This document shows positions 1-8,875 of a stretch of 64,000 bases of DNA, piece after piece. The number at the start of each line of letters is the position of its first letter. Positions within the stretch are counted from its first letter, which is position 1. The notes below the pieces were generated by a model. It had not been told where the DNA came from. It searched no databases and saw only the letters and a program-made list of their open reading frames with translations. The position numbers were made by a program, and so were the translations under genes. This stretch comes from an uncultured Clostridia bacterium (GTDB taxonomy: Bacteria; Bacillota; Dehalobacteriia; UBA4068), in contig CALYAP010000047.1 in assembly GCA_944393575.1 (NCBI GenBank), forward strand, positions 1,058-65,057, read 5' to 3'.

Positions 1-519
1 AGTAATGCGACCAAAAGTATTCATCCTGGGCAAGGCGCAGCAGAACATTGCCCGTGTTTCTTTCTCGGTTGGAGCCAGGAATACTTTACCTTCATCGCCA
101 TACCAGATGGGTGGATAATCTTTATCCATTCTTAATTCTATGGCAAATTCATTACCCCGTAATCGCAAAACCATTGCATGCTTTGTATCTAATACCTGGG
201 CCATGTCGCCAAAGAGGAAGCTCTCATCATCAAAAGAGAGCTGCATTTTTTTGCCAGGTTTGATCGGAATAACTATACTTTCCGTATAATCAGTAGTTTT
301 AAGTACTTCGCTTAAACTATAATGAATCAAATAGAAAGACTCCAGCAGATAATTCATTCTATATATAACTAGACGAAATGCATAAACAGATTGCGGGTCA
401 TCAATTTCATGGACTATACCTTGAAATTGCCAAATATCCGATGCATCTCGGTGTGGAAGCCATTCCTCCATAAATGTTTCGCCATGTTTTTGTTTATTAT
501 ATTGAATAGTTTTTTGCAT
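1..519 (-). CDS. Hypothetical protein. The 3' end is cut by the window edge. 173 codons visible, begins MQKTIQYNKQKHGETF
   Basis: Open frame with no stop from the ATG at 519-517 down to position 1. A GGAGG Shine-Dalgarno sits 5 nt upstream. No recognisable domain by eye. The ORF track omits it because it has no stop in the window. Confidence 0.45.
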   Translation of the reverse strand, partial: MQKTIQYNKQKHGETFMEEWLPHRDASDIWQFQGIVHEIDDPQSVYAFRLVIYRMNYLLESFYLIHYSLSEVLKTTDYTESIVIPIKPGKKMQLSFDDESFLFGDMAQVLDTKHAMVLRLRGNEFAIELRMDKDYPPIWYGDEGKVFLAPTEKETRAMFCCALPRMNTFGRIT

Positions 520-634
520 AAAATGCCTCCAAATATCTCTCTTATTTTAACTTAAATTTCTTTTAATGTAAAGTTCCCCTAATGGCATAATTACAAAACA
601 GGCACCATAGTTATTAGTTAAAGGGGGTTTGCAC

Positions 635-1771
635 ATGCGAAAAGTTTTATTTTGCTTAGTTTTAATAGCAATTATCCTTTGTCCCACCATAGCTTTAGCT
701 GATACCACTGATTTGCAATTAGATTGCAAAAGTGCTTTGCTTATGGACGGGATAAGTGGAGATATCCTTTATGAACAAAACAGCCAAGAAATTTGTTATC
801 CCGCAAGTGTTACCAAAATCATGACCTTAGTACTAATTTTAGAGGCTGTAGATGCTGGCACCATTAGCCTTGACGATATGGTTCCGGTTAGCGAAGATGC
901 TGCTTCTATGGGTGGTTCCCAGGTATACCTTTATCCTGGAGAGCAGCGGACTGTTGATGAAATGCTCATTGCTATTGCTGTTGGAAGTGGCAATGATGCT
1001 GCTTATGCCATGGCTGAATACATTGGTGGCACTATGCCAGGATTTGTAGAACTAATGAATCAACGGGCCAAAGAGCTGGGGATGGAAAATACCCATTTTG
1101 TCAATCCCCATGGTCTGCATGATGATGACCATTATACTACGGCCTACGACTTAGGAATTCTGGCATATCATGCTCTTAGTGTACCAAAATTTCTTGACTA
1201 TACATCTATTTATGAATATGAATTCCGTCCAGAGCCCAAACTTTTGACTCTTTGGAACACCAACCGCCTGCTGAAATGGTATGAAGGCACAGATGGAATG
1301 AAAACAGGTTATACTGAAGAGGCCGGTCGAAATCTAGTAGCAACAGTAGAACGAGATGGCATGCGGCTGATTTCAGTAGTACTAGGTGCTCAGGAACGCC
1401 AAGGCCATTTTAATGAAAGTATGAAGCTGCTAAACTATGGATTCAATAAATTTGAATATATTCCCATCAGAGAAGCGGGAGAAATTATCTGCGATGCTCC
1501 TGTCAGCAAAGGCACTAAAGACAGTGTAGGCTTAATGACAGAAAATGCTATTGGTTATTCTAGTGAAAAGGGTCAATCTGGTGAGATTACTGAGAGCATT
1601 GTAATTAACTCCACCTTACAAGCACCTCTTAAAGCTGGTGATATTGGCGGACAGCTAATTATTTATAAAGATGGCGAAGAATTCAAAACAGTGGATTTAG
1701 TAGTATCTGAGGATATCGATAAGGGCGGATTTATCCGCACCTGGGGAAAATTGCTTAAGACAATATGGTAA
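635..1771 (+). CDS. Serine-type D-Ala-D-Ala carboxypeptidase (PBP5/DacF/DacB-like, S11 family)
   Basis: Signal peptide, then the SVTK active-site motif (CYPASVTKIMT), then a C-terminal PBP5_C-like domain. The ORF-track start at 629 is a TTG. The in-frame ATG at 635 follows an AAGGGGG RBS. Confidence 0.85.
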   Translation: MRKVLFCLVLIAIILCPTIALADTTDLQLDCKSALLMDGISGDILYEQNSQEICYPASVTKIMTLVLILEAVDAGTISLDDMVPVSEDAASMGGSQVYLYPGEQRTVDEMLIAIAVGSGNDAAYAMAEYIGGTMPGFVELMNQRAKELGMENTHFVNPHGLHDDDHYTTAYDLGILAYHALSVPKFLDYTSIYEYEFRPEPKLLTLWNTNRLLKWYEGTDGMKTGYTEEAGRNLVATVERDGMRLISVVLGAQERQGHFNESMKLLNYGFNKFEYIPIREAGEIICDAPVSKGTKDSVGLMTENAIGYSSEKGQSGEITESIVINSTLQAPLKAGDIGGQLIIYKDGEEFKTVDLVVSEDIDKGGFIRTWGKLLKTIW

Positions 1772-1796
1772 TGTAATGAAAGTTTTTATAACAAAT

Positions 1797-1826
1797 AAAA
1801 CGCCCTAGATAGGGCGTTTTATTTAT
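1797..1826. terminator. Bidirectional rho-independent terminator between the carboxypeptidase gene (+) and xth (-)
   Basis: AAAACGCCCT-agat-AGGGCGTTTT perfect hairpin with an A-tract on one side and a T-tract on the other. Confidence 0.8.
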
Positions 1827-1856
1827 AATCTAATTAACAGTTGATATATAGTCTTA

Positions 1857-2621
1857 TTATATCTCAATCTCTAAAACTACCGGGCAGTGATCAGAACCCA
1901 TAACTTCAGGAAGTATATATGCATCAGTAACATTGTGGCGTAAGCTTTCAGAGACAAAGAAATAATCAATTCGCCAGCCGATATCTCTTTCTCTAGCCCT
2001 AGTCTTCATATCCCACCAACTATAATGTCCGCCGTCCTTATGAAAAAGTCTAAAGGTATCGATAAAGCCAGCTTCAAGGAAGCTATCTATCCATGCACAT
2101 TCCATCGGCAAAAAACCGGTATGATTGCGGTTTTCTTTAGGTCGCGCTAAATCAATTTCCTTATGGGCTGTATTAACATCTCCGCAAACAATTACTGGCT
2201 TAGAAGAAGAAGTGGCATATTCTTGGAAAGCTTCATAAAAATCCATTTTGTATTCAAGCCGCTCTGGTCCATTACCTCCATTAGGGAAATAGCAGTTAAT
2301 TAATCTAAATTGGGGATAATCAACAACAAGAGTCCTACCTTCTGAATCAAATCGCGGTTCGCCAAACCCATAAAAAACTTTATCCGCCTTTAGTTTAGAA
2401 AAAACCGCTACTCCACTATATCCAGGTCTTTCCGCTGAACAAATATACGGAGTATACTCATCCCATGCCATTAATTCAGCAGGAATCTGTTCAGGCTTTG
2501 CTTTGATTTCCTGGAGGCATACAATATCGGCATTAATCAAATCCAGTGCTTCACGTGCGCCTTTTTTGACGGCAGCCCGAACTCCATTGACATTCCAAGA
2601 TAAAAGTTTTATGCTATTCAT
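1857..2621 (-). CDS. xth: Exodeoxyribonuclease III (AP endonuclease, Xth/ExoA family)
   Basis: Start LLSWNVNG, plus GDxN and SDHCP motifs. The 41-aa hydrophobic N-terminal extension in the ORF track is rejected. The ATG at 2621 is preceded by GAGGT. Confidence 0.9.
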   Translation of the reverse strand: MNSIKLLSWNVNGVRAAVKKGAREALDLINADIVCLQEIKAKPEQIPAELMAWDEYTPYICSAERPGYSGVAVFSKLKADKVFYGFGEPRFDSEGRTLVVDYPQFRLINCYFPNGGNGPERLEYKMDFYEAFQEYATSSSKPVIVCGDVNTAHKEIDLARPKENRNHTGFLPMECAWIDSFLEAGFIDTFRLFHKDGGHYSWWDMKTRARERDIGWRIDYFFVSESLRHNVTDAYILPEVMGSDHCPVVLEIEI

Positions 2622-2657
2622 AATTAAGTACCTCGTAGTTAAAATAAGGAGAAAAAT

Positions 2658-3128
2658 ATGCTTAAAGAATTGATGGAAAAAGGCTATCCAGATGAATATA
2701 ATTGTGCTGAAAAAATAATTAATGGTGCTAATGAAGCCTATCATTTAGGCTTAGACGAAGATTCTACTCGTCTTTTTGCTGCTTTTGGCGGTGGACTTGC
2801 TATTGGGGATACCTGTGGTGCAGTCTGCAGCTCTTTAGGAGTAATTAGCCGACTATTTGTTGCTGATACGGCGCGCAAAAGCGAATTATTAAAGCTCATT
2901 ATCTGTGATTTTATGAAAAGATTTCAAGAAAAAACCGGTTCACTCAAATGCGCTGAGCTAAAAAAGAAGTATGCCGCTAATGGTCAAAAATGTGCCTATA
3001 TCTTAGAGAGTGCTGGCGAAATATTAGACCAGATCATTGAGAAATATGCTGATTATATAATCGAAGCATATCGTCAAGATGTAAATCCTCAGCCCGAATG
3101 TTCGCCGCAAGACCGCAGGATTGGATAA
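2658..3128 (+). CDS. C_GCAxxG_C_C family protein (putative redox-active protein)
   Basis: Cys pattern ...GDTCGAVCSSLG...C...C and a size typical of PF09719. Good RBS (TAAGGAG). Its 3' end overlaps ksgA convergently. Confidence 0.55.
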   Translation: MLKELMEKGYPDEYNCAEKIINGANEAYHLGLDEDSTRLFAAFGGGLAIGDTCGAVCSSLGVISRLFVADTARKSELLKLIICDFMKRFQEKTGSLKCAELKKKYAANGQKCAYILESAGEILDQIIEKYADYIIEAYRQDVNPQPECSPQDRRIG

Positions 3129-3873
3129 TTGCCGTCCAATAATTACGATCTCCGCCATAAGCAGAAGCAGCTAATGAATTAGCTAATGTTTTGCGTCTTA
3201 GGCTAAAAGAAGCTTCTAGAAAAGGAATCAACTCCAGGAAGGTGTGATCTATCTGTGCACCTTCCCGTTTTTTTATCCTGATCACAGCAGATTCCACTGC
3301 TGGTTGCGGATAAAAGGCTTCTCGAGGAACCAAAAAAGCAATCTCTTGCTCTGTCAAATAATCCAACATTAATGGCAAAGGGCCATTTTGGCGTTTCTTG
3401 CCGTAACAAAGACGTTCTGCTGCTTCTTTTTGTAGCATCAGGATCATCATTTGCCAGTTACCGCCATTAAGGAGCAGTTTTTTCACCAACGGACTAGTAA
3501 TATTATAAGGGATATTGCCAAATATTACATATGGACATTCGCCATAGTTTGCTTGATAGTCAAAGTCAAGAGCATCTATGCAGTGAACCGTAACCTGGCT
3601 ATTGTTGGCAAAACGTTCTTTTAATCGCTGGGCAAAAAGGGGCTCAATCTCCAGTAAATCCAACTTCCCTGCCCTGTTTGCAAGTGAGTCACTTAGTGAT
3701 GCTAAACCAGCGCCTATCTCTAAAATTGGCATATCCGAATCGAAAGGATATAAGGAGATTATTTTGTGAATTATCTCCTCACTGACTAAAAAATTTTGCC
3801 CCCGCAGACTATGTGGCCTAAGTTGAAGCGCATTGAGTGCCGCAATGATCTCGCTGGTAAGATTTTGATCCAT
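3034..3873 (-). CDS. rsmA: 16S rRNA (adenine1518/1519-N6)-dimethyltransferase RsmA/KsgA
   Basis: GQNFL motif, SAM-binding EIGAGLASL and NIPYNI motifs. The start was moved to the ATG at 3873 (MDQNLTSE...), giving a TAAatATG junction with the upstream gene. Confidence 0.9.
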   Translation of the reverse strand: MDQNLTSEIIAALNALQLRPHSLRGQNFLVSEEIIHKIISLYPFDSDMPILEIGAGLASLSDSLANRAGKLDLLEIEPLFAQRLKERFANNSQVTVHCIDALDFDYQANYGECPYVIFGNIPYNITSPLVKKLLLNGGNWQMMILMLQKEAAERLCYGKKRQNGPLPLMLDYLTEQEIAFLVPREAFYPQPAVESAVIRIKKREGAQIDHTFLELIPFLEASFSLRRKTLANSLAASAYGGDRNYWTAIIQSCGLAANIRAEDLHLDDMLRLYNQHISQ

Positions 3874-3875
3874 AT

Positions 3876-5039
3876 TTACTCCAAAATGTAAATAGTAGTT
3901 TGCCTTCTCCCCCATTGAATACATTCTTCATAGGTATCCATATAAAGGTCGATTATGTAATTATTGATCGCTCCACCAGTATCTTCGGCAACAGCAAAGC
4001 CATAGCCGCTAACATAAACCCTTGTGCCCAGTGGGATCACATCCGGATCAACAGCAATAGTACCAACCTTAGGCCAAGTACCAGTAGCTGTAGTATTGCC
4101 CGTCCAGGTATAGGCGGTAGCCTCCACTGTAAATGAATTTTTATAATAGAACGAAGCGCCATCATCAGTGGTAGCCATGGCCATAGTTGCTGTACCCGTA
4201 CTATCGGCCGGGCCAACACCTACTACACGCTCCTCTGGTTCCCGTACCCTTTCTGTGGATAGCAATACTCTATTGATCTCTTCACCATCACTGTAGGTCA
4301 CTTCATAGGTATTCCTATCGATACCCGGGCTTCCCTCTGTAATCGTTGCCCGTACTCCCGCAGCAAGATAAGCATACTCTACTTCTGTTTCTGGTTGCTC
4401 AATATACTCATCTACCGTTTCAATGCGTACATCAATTCTATCTACTTCAATAGTAGTCTCTTCGTAAATATAAGAAAGAAGCGGTTGAGATAAAACATCA
4501 TTTTCACCAACAACGATGCCATATTGACTTAAAGCATCTTCTACCGTAATAGGCTGGCTTTCAAACGTATAGGTAGTACCATCAGCAACAATCGTTATCG
4601 GTACAGACAAGCGTATCCAAATTTTCATACCTTCGGTCAGCGGCTCGTCTCTTTTCTTATCCATATAATCGTCTTTAGTAATAGTGAGATCTAATTCATG
4701 CAGCAAATCCCCTACTGTTTCAGCATTGGTGGATATAATTTGCGGAGTACTATTGATATTAACCATAACAGTTTTAGCTGTTAAGTCAGCAATAGCAATT
4801 TCTCCACCCTCAAAATTATCTAAATAAATTGATACCCCAGCCACACCAACAAGTAAAACTACAGCCACAATTAACAAAAATTTAGGGACAAATGCTTTAC
4901 GGTGTAGTTTTTTGGCGAGTTTATGTTTATGCTCTGAAGAAGATTTATCCTCCTTTTTATCGGAGGATTCATCACTAATTTTAACTTCAGAAAGCTCAAG
5001 AAATTCCTTGGTTTCAATTTTACCTTTGATTTTATACAT
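3876..5039 (-). CDS. yabE: YabE-like cell-wall protein (N-terminal TM anchor, DUF348/G5 region, C-terminal 3D domain)
   Basis: C-terminal 3D-domain signature (TATGT...GTIAVDP..IPLGT.VYV.GYG...A.DTGGAI) and position upstream of ksgA, as for Bacillus yabE. Confidence 0.75.
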   Translation of the reverse strand: MYKIKGKIETKEFLELSEVKISDESSDKKEDKSSSEHKHKLAKKLHRKAFVPKFLLIVAVVLLVGVAGVSIYLDNFEGGEIAIADLTAKTVMVNINSTPQIISTNAETVGDLLHELDLTITKDDYMDKKRDEPLTEGMKIWIRLSVPITIVADGTTYTFESQPITVEDALSQYGIVVGENDVLSQPLLSYIYEETTIEVDRIDVRIETVDEYIEQPETEVEYAYLAAGVRATITEGSPGIDRNTYEVTYSDGEEINRVLLSTERVREPEERVVGVGPADSTGTATMAMATTDDGASFYYKNSFTVEATAYTWTGNTTATGTWPKVGTIAVDPDVIPLGTRVYVSGYGFAVAEDTGGAINNYIIDLYMDTYEECIQWGRRQTTIYILE

Positions 5040-5072
5040 TAAAGCCTCCGCCTAAACGCGTTCTAATAGTTA

Positions 5073-5101
5073 ATTATAAAATATGTTTCTGTCCAAGTCA
5101 A
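5073..5101 (-). promoter_or_regulatory. Sigma-A-type promoter for the yabE-ksgA transcript
   Basis: On the minus strand TTGACT - 17 nt - TATAAT, about 35 nt upstream of the yabE RBS. Perfect consensus. Confidence 0.55.
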
Positions 5102-5242
5102 ATATGCTTAATATTAAACAAATGAAAATGCTAATTAACTATTCATAAATAAAAACACATAATAATTAGTGCAGGATACTTAACTAATATCATACCATCT
5201 ACATGCATCATAAGGGAAAGATAATCACAAAAGAATCAGAAT

Positions 5243-5289
5243 AAAATCCCCTGTATGGCCGAATGTTCATTTGGCTACCAGGGGATTTG
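5243..5289 (-). terminator. Hairpin/terminator at the 3' end of the small membrane-protein ORF
   Basis: AAATCCCCTG ... CAGGGGATTT inverted repeat followed, on the minus strand, by a T-rich tract. It overlaps the last codons of ORF 5267..5641. Confidence 0.45.
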
Positions 5290-5641
5290 AATTATAAACT
5301 AGGCTAAATATTCTTGTGGATGGGTAAAATATTGTACCATTTTTATATTCGTAAGTTATTTCATCCATTTTTAACGGTAAATATACCCAACCCGCCGATA
5401 ATACCGGCAATAATACCAGCAGGATAACCCAAAAGCAAGAAATGCGCACTGAGGGAGCCGCATCTCTGGTATTGACAGTTACTATCCGCACATATAATCC
5501 CAACTCAGCACCTGATATCGCCAGCAGGCCAAAGACCATACTGATAATCACCTGCTTTTTTCTTATATGAGAATCTGGCCGAAGAAAGTTTTTTCCCGGC
5601 CAGATAGGCAATAAAGATGCTAATGGCAGTAATAATGCCAC
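5267..5641 (-). CDS. Hypothetical small membrane protein (3-4 predicted TM helices)
   Basis: GTG start, hydrophobic segments, no recognisable family. It sits between tatD and yabE, where Bacillus carries rnmV. Confidence 0.35.
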   Translation of the reverse strand: MALLLPLASLLPIWPGKNFLRPDSHIRKKQVIISMVFGLLAISGAELGLYVRIVTVNTRDAAPSVRISCFWVILLVLLPVLSAGWVYLPLKMDEITYEYKNGTIFYPSTRIFSLVYNSNPLVAK

Positions 5642-5689
5642 AACAACTAATTATAGATAAACTAACATGTTAATAGCACTATAATATAC

Positions 5690-6457
5690 TTATAGTCTAA
5701 AAATACGCTTAGCATTAGCAGTTGTTATTTCCGCAATTTCTTCATAGTCCATCCCGCGGATCTGAGCTAATTTTTCAGCAGTATATATCACTCGTGCTGG
5801 TTCATTGGTCTTACCCCTAAAAGGATGTGGAGTCAGATATGGACTATCTGTTTCTACTAAAACCATGTCCAAAGGGACTTTACCCGCTACTTCAACAGGT
5901 ACTCTGGCATTTTTATAAGTCAATGGTCCAGCAAATGAGATAAAAAAACCCATTTTAAGACACTGTTTAGCCATTTCCCAGCTACCGGAAAAGCAGTGTA
6001 GAATTCCCCCATTGATACCAGCATGTTCTTCTTGCAAAATATCTACTACATCCTGATGTGAATCCCGGTCATGAATAATTATTGGCTTACCAGCTTCTTT
6101 GGCCAAAGATATTTGCAGTCTAAGGTATTTTTGCTGCAATTCTTTATTAGTATTTTCATAGTGGTAGTCTAAACCTATTTCACCCCAACCAATCACCCGC
6201 GGTGTTTTAGCTAATTCTAAAAGTTTAGCTAGAACTTGTTCATCAATGTCGGCTACTTCACTGGGATGCACCCCTACTGAAGCGTAAATCATTTCTGGGT
6301 GCTTTTCAGCCAAATGGACGTTTAGTAAAGAAGAGCGCCAATCGCAACCAACAGAATTGATCAAAGTTACTCCGGCTTCTTTCGCTCTTTTTAAGACATT
6401 ATCAATGTCTGGATATAAGGCGGGATCATCCAAATGTGCATGAGTATCGAACAACAT
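5690..6457 (-). CDS. tatD: TatD-family metal-dependent DNase/hydrolase
   Basis: MLFDTHAHLD start, conserved His/Glu/Asp metal ligands, directly downstream of metG as for Bacillus yabD. Confidence 0.9.
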   Translation of the reverse strand: MLFDTHAHLDDPALYPDIDNVLKRAKEAGVTLINSVGCDWRSSLLNVHLAEKHPEMIYASVGVHPSEVADIDEQVLAKLLELAKTPRVIGWGEIGLDYHYENTNKELQQKYLRLQISLAKEAGKPIIIHDRDSHQDVVDILQEEHAGINGGILHCFSGSWEMAKQCLKMGFFISFAGPLTYKNARVPVEVAGKVPLDMVLVETDSPYLTPHPFRGKTNEPARVIYTAEKLAQIRGMDYEEIAEITTANAKRIFRL

Positions 6458-6469
6458 TGCTATCTCCTA

Positions 6470-8407
6470 CTAAACTATACGGGAACCAATAGGCATATTA
6501 GGACATTCAACTAACTGCAGTTTACCGTCTTTTTCAGCTGAGAGCAGCATGCCTTTTGATTCAATACCGCGGATAACAGCTGGCTTTAGATTAGCGATTA
6601 AAATCAATTGCTTACCGATGAGGTCTTCCGGTGAGTAAAATTGAGCTATACCAGAAAGGACTGTTCTTTCCTCTGTGCCCAGCTGTAGCTTGAATTTGAG
6701 TAGTTTGTCAGTTTTAGGAACTTTTTCACATTCCATAACCTTGACTACGCGTAAATCTAATTTCTCAAAATCGCTGATCATGCACTCCGGAGCAATGGGC
6801 GCTATAGACTCAGTTTCAACTTGTGCTTTAACATCACTTTTTGCAGAAGGAATTTCCTCAGCATCTATTGCATCTAAATCGATTCTCGGGAACAACGGCT
6901 CACCGCGGTCAATGGCTATTCCGGAGGGCATACCACCCCAGGTGAGACTATCCCAGGTGTGGAGATCTTCCCTATCCGATATTCCTAGCTGTTGCCAAAC
7001 ACGCGTCGGTAGCCCAGGCATAATGGGTGAAACCATAATGGTAACCTGACGGATGACCTCTACCATATTATAAAGAACTGTAGCCAACTTCTCTTTTTCT
7101 CCAGCTTTGTTAAGCGCCCATGGTGCAGCATCTTCAATATATTTATTGGCTTTGTTAACTAATGTCCACAATTCCGCCAAAGCATTGGCCCATTCCATTT
7201 TATCCATTAAGGCAGCATAACGATCAGGCATAGCTCTGGCTAAATCTATCAATTCTTGATCATACTCAGTTCCTGCGCCTGGAGCATCAATAATTCCCTT
7301 TTGAAATTTATTAATCATACCAGTGGTACGGGACAGGAGGTTACCATAATCATTGGCCAAATCATTATTAATCCTTACAGCCAGCAGCTCTTCATTATAA
7401 TTGCAGTCTAATCCATAGCCCATCTCTCTCATCAAGAAATAGCGGATAGCGTCTACACCATATTTATCACAAAGCTTAAAAGGATCTACCACATTCCCTT
7501 TAGATTTGCTCATCTTATCGCTATTAATCAACACCCAGCCATGACCTAAAACACATTTAGGCAAGGGCAAATCAGCTGCCATCAGCATTATAGGCCAAAT
7601 GATGGTATGAAAGCGGATAATATCTTTCCCTACCAAATGCACATCTGCCGGCCAAAATTTGTCGTAGAGACTACCGTCCCCACGTGCCTTAAGTGCAGAA
7701 TAATAGTTGATCAAAGCATCAAACCAAACATAAATGACATGCTTATTATCAAAAGGAACTGGAATACCCCAATCGAATGTTGTCCTGGAAACACAAAGGT
7801 CATCGAGGCCTTGTTTGACGAAATTGATCATTTCATTGCGGCGGCTTTCAGGTCTGATAAAATCAGGATTCTCTTCAATAAATTTGAGCCAACGATCAGC
7901 ATATTTGCTCATTTTGAAGAAATAGCTTTCTTCTTTCATCATCTCTACAGGCTTACCACAATCTGGACAAATATGCTCTTCGCCTACCTGCAGCTCAGTA
8001 AAAAAAGTCTCACAGGAAGTACAATACCAACCAGAGTACTCGGATTTGTAGATATCTCCTTGATCATATATTTTCTGGAAAAGCTCCTGGCAGGTTTTCA
8101 TATGGTAATCATCAGTAGTACGGATAAAATGGTCATAATCTATTTCCATTTTTTCCCACAGGGCTTTAAAATTGGCGATGATTTCATCTACAAATTCTTT
8201 TGGTTGTTTGCCTGCTTCGGCTGCACGGCGCTGAATCTTCTGCCCATGCTCATCAGAACCAGTTAAAAAATAGGTATCAAAACCACGCATCTTTTTATAC
8301 CTGGTCATTGAATCTGCAGCTACCGTTGTATAGGCATGTCCGATGTGTGGATTATCACTAGGATAATAAATAGGCGTAGTGATATAAAAGGTTTTTTTAT
8401 CACTCAT
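6470..8407 (-). CDS. metG: Methionine--tRNA ligase with C-terminal tRNA-binding (EMAP-like) domain
   Basis: HIGH motif (PIYYPSDNPHIGHAYT), KMSKS, a zinc knuckle (CPDCGKP) and a C-terminal Trbp111-like domain. Confidence 0.95.
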   Translation of the reverse strand: MSDKKTFYITTPIYYPSDNPHIGHAYTTVAADSMTRYKKMRGFDTYFLTGSDEHGQKIQRRAAEAGKQPKEFVDEIIANFKALWEKMEIDYDHFIRTTDDYHMKTCQELFQKIYDQGDIYKSEYSGWYCTSCETFFTELQVGEEHICPDCGKPVEMMKEESYFFKMSKYADRWLKFIEENPDFIRPESRRNEMINFVKQGLDDLCVSRTTFDWGIPVPFDNKHVIYVWFDALINYYSALKARGDGSLYDKFWPADVHLVGKDIIRFHTIIWPIMLMAADLPLPKCVLGHGWVLINSDKMSKSKGNVVDPFKLCDKYGVDAIRYFLMREMGYGLDCNYNEELLAVRINNDLANDYGNLLSRTTGMINKFQKGIIDAPGAGTEYDQELIDLARAMPDRYAALMDKMEWANALAELWTLVNKANKYIEDAAPWALNKAGEKEKLATVLYNMVEVIRQVTIMVSPIMPGLPTRVWQQLGISDREDLHTWDSLTWGGMPSGIAIDRGEPLFPRIDLDAIDAEEIPSAKSDVKAQVETESIAPIAPECMISDFEKLDLRVVKVMECEKVPKTDKLLKFKLQLGTEERTVLSGIAQFYSPEDLIGKQLILIANLKPAVIRGIESKGMLLSAEKDGKLQLVECPNMPIGSRIV

Positions 8408-8444
8408 TTTTGATACCTCCGAGATTTTTTATAAATATTAAATT

Positions 8445-8474
8445 ATAATAACAAACTGCAAGCTAATGTGTCAA
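8445..8474 (-). promoter_or_regulatory. Candidate sigma-A promoter for metG-tatD
   Basis: Minus strand TTGACA - 18 nt - TATTAT in the 90-nt gap upstream of metG. The leader is about 30 nt, too short for a T-box. Confidence 0.45.
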
Positions 8475-8496
8475 TATATTTAAAGCACCGACTGAT

Positions 8497-8862
8497 TCAA
8501 CTAGCTACAATATCAGCACCGAAAGGCATCAGGGCCAATTTTGCTATTTTAAAGCATTGCATACCAAACGGAATCCCAATAATAGTGATACATAAAATAG
8601 CACCAATAATCAAAGCTACAACCGCTATTTCTATCCCTCCAAAGATAATCCATAAAATATTAAGTAATAAGGAAACTGGAGAACCTCCAAAATAGACATT
8701 GCGGCCAAAGGGCCATATGCAGAGGCTGGCAAATTTAAAGCACTGAATGCCTACTGGAATACCCACAATAGTTATACACCATAGCAGTCCAAAAATAAAC
8801 CATAAAAGCGCCAAAACTAATCCGCAGAGAATAATCCATAAAAGATTGCCAATTAATTTCAT
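8497..8862 (-). CDS. YccF-like inner-membrane protein (DUF307, two internal repeats)
   Basis: Duplicated GIPxGxQCFKxAxL...PFG motif. Confidence 0.65.
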   Translation of the reverse strand: MKLIGNLLWIILCGLVLALLWFIFGLLWCITIVGIPVGIQCFKFASLCIWPFGRNVYFGGSPVSLLLNILWIIFGGIEIAVVALIIGAILCITIIGIPFGMQCFKIAKLALMPFGADIVAS

Positions 8863-8875
8863 AATTACAATCTCA

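Noticed and set aside
48-263. 71-aa plus-strand ORF at the window start
   Set aside because: It lies entirely antisense to a longer minus-strand open frame (1..519) that has a strong RBS. It has no SD of its own.
1857-2744. Full-length 295-aa call for xth with a 41-aa hydrophobic N-terminal extension
   Set aside because: The extension (MIGFISTINYFFSTIIFIWIAFF...) has no RBS and is not part of ExoIII homologs. The internal ATG at 2621 has a GAGGT RBS.
7607-8266. 219-aa ORF antisense within metG
   Set aside because: It is a shadow ORF inside a highly conserved synthetase gene with no RBS. A 63-aa ORF at 7734..7925 is rejected for the same reason.
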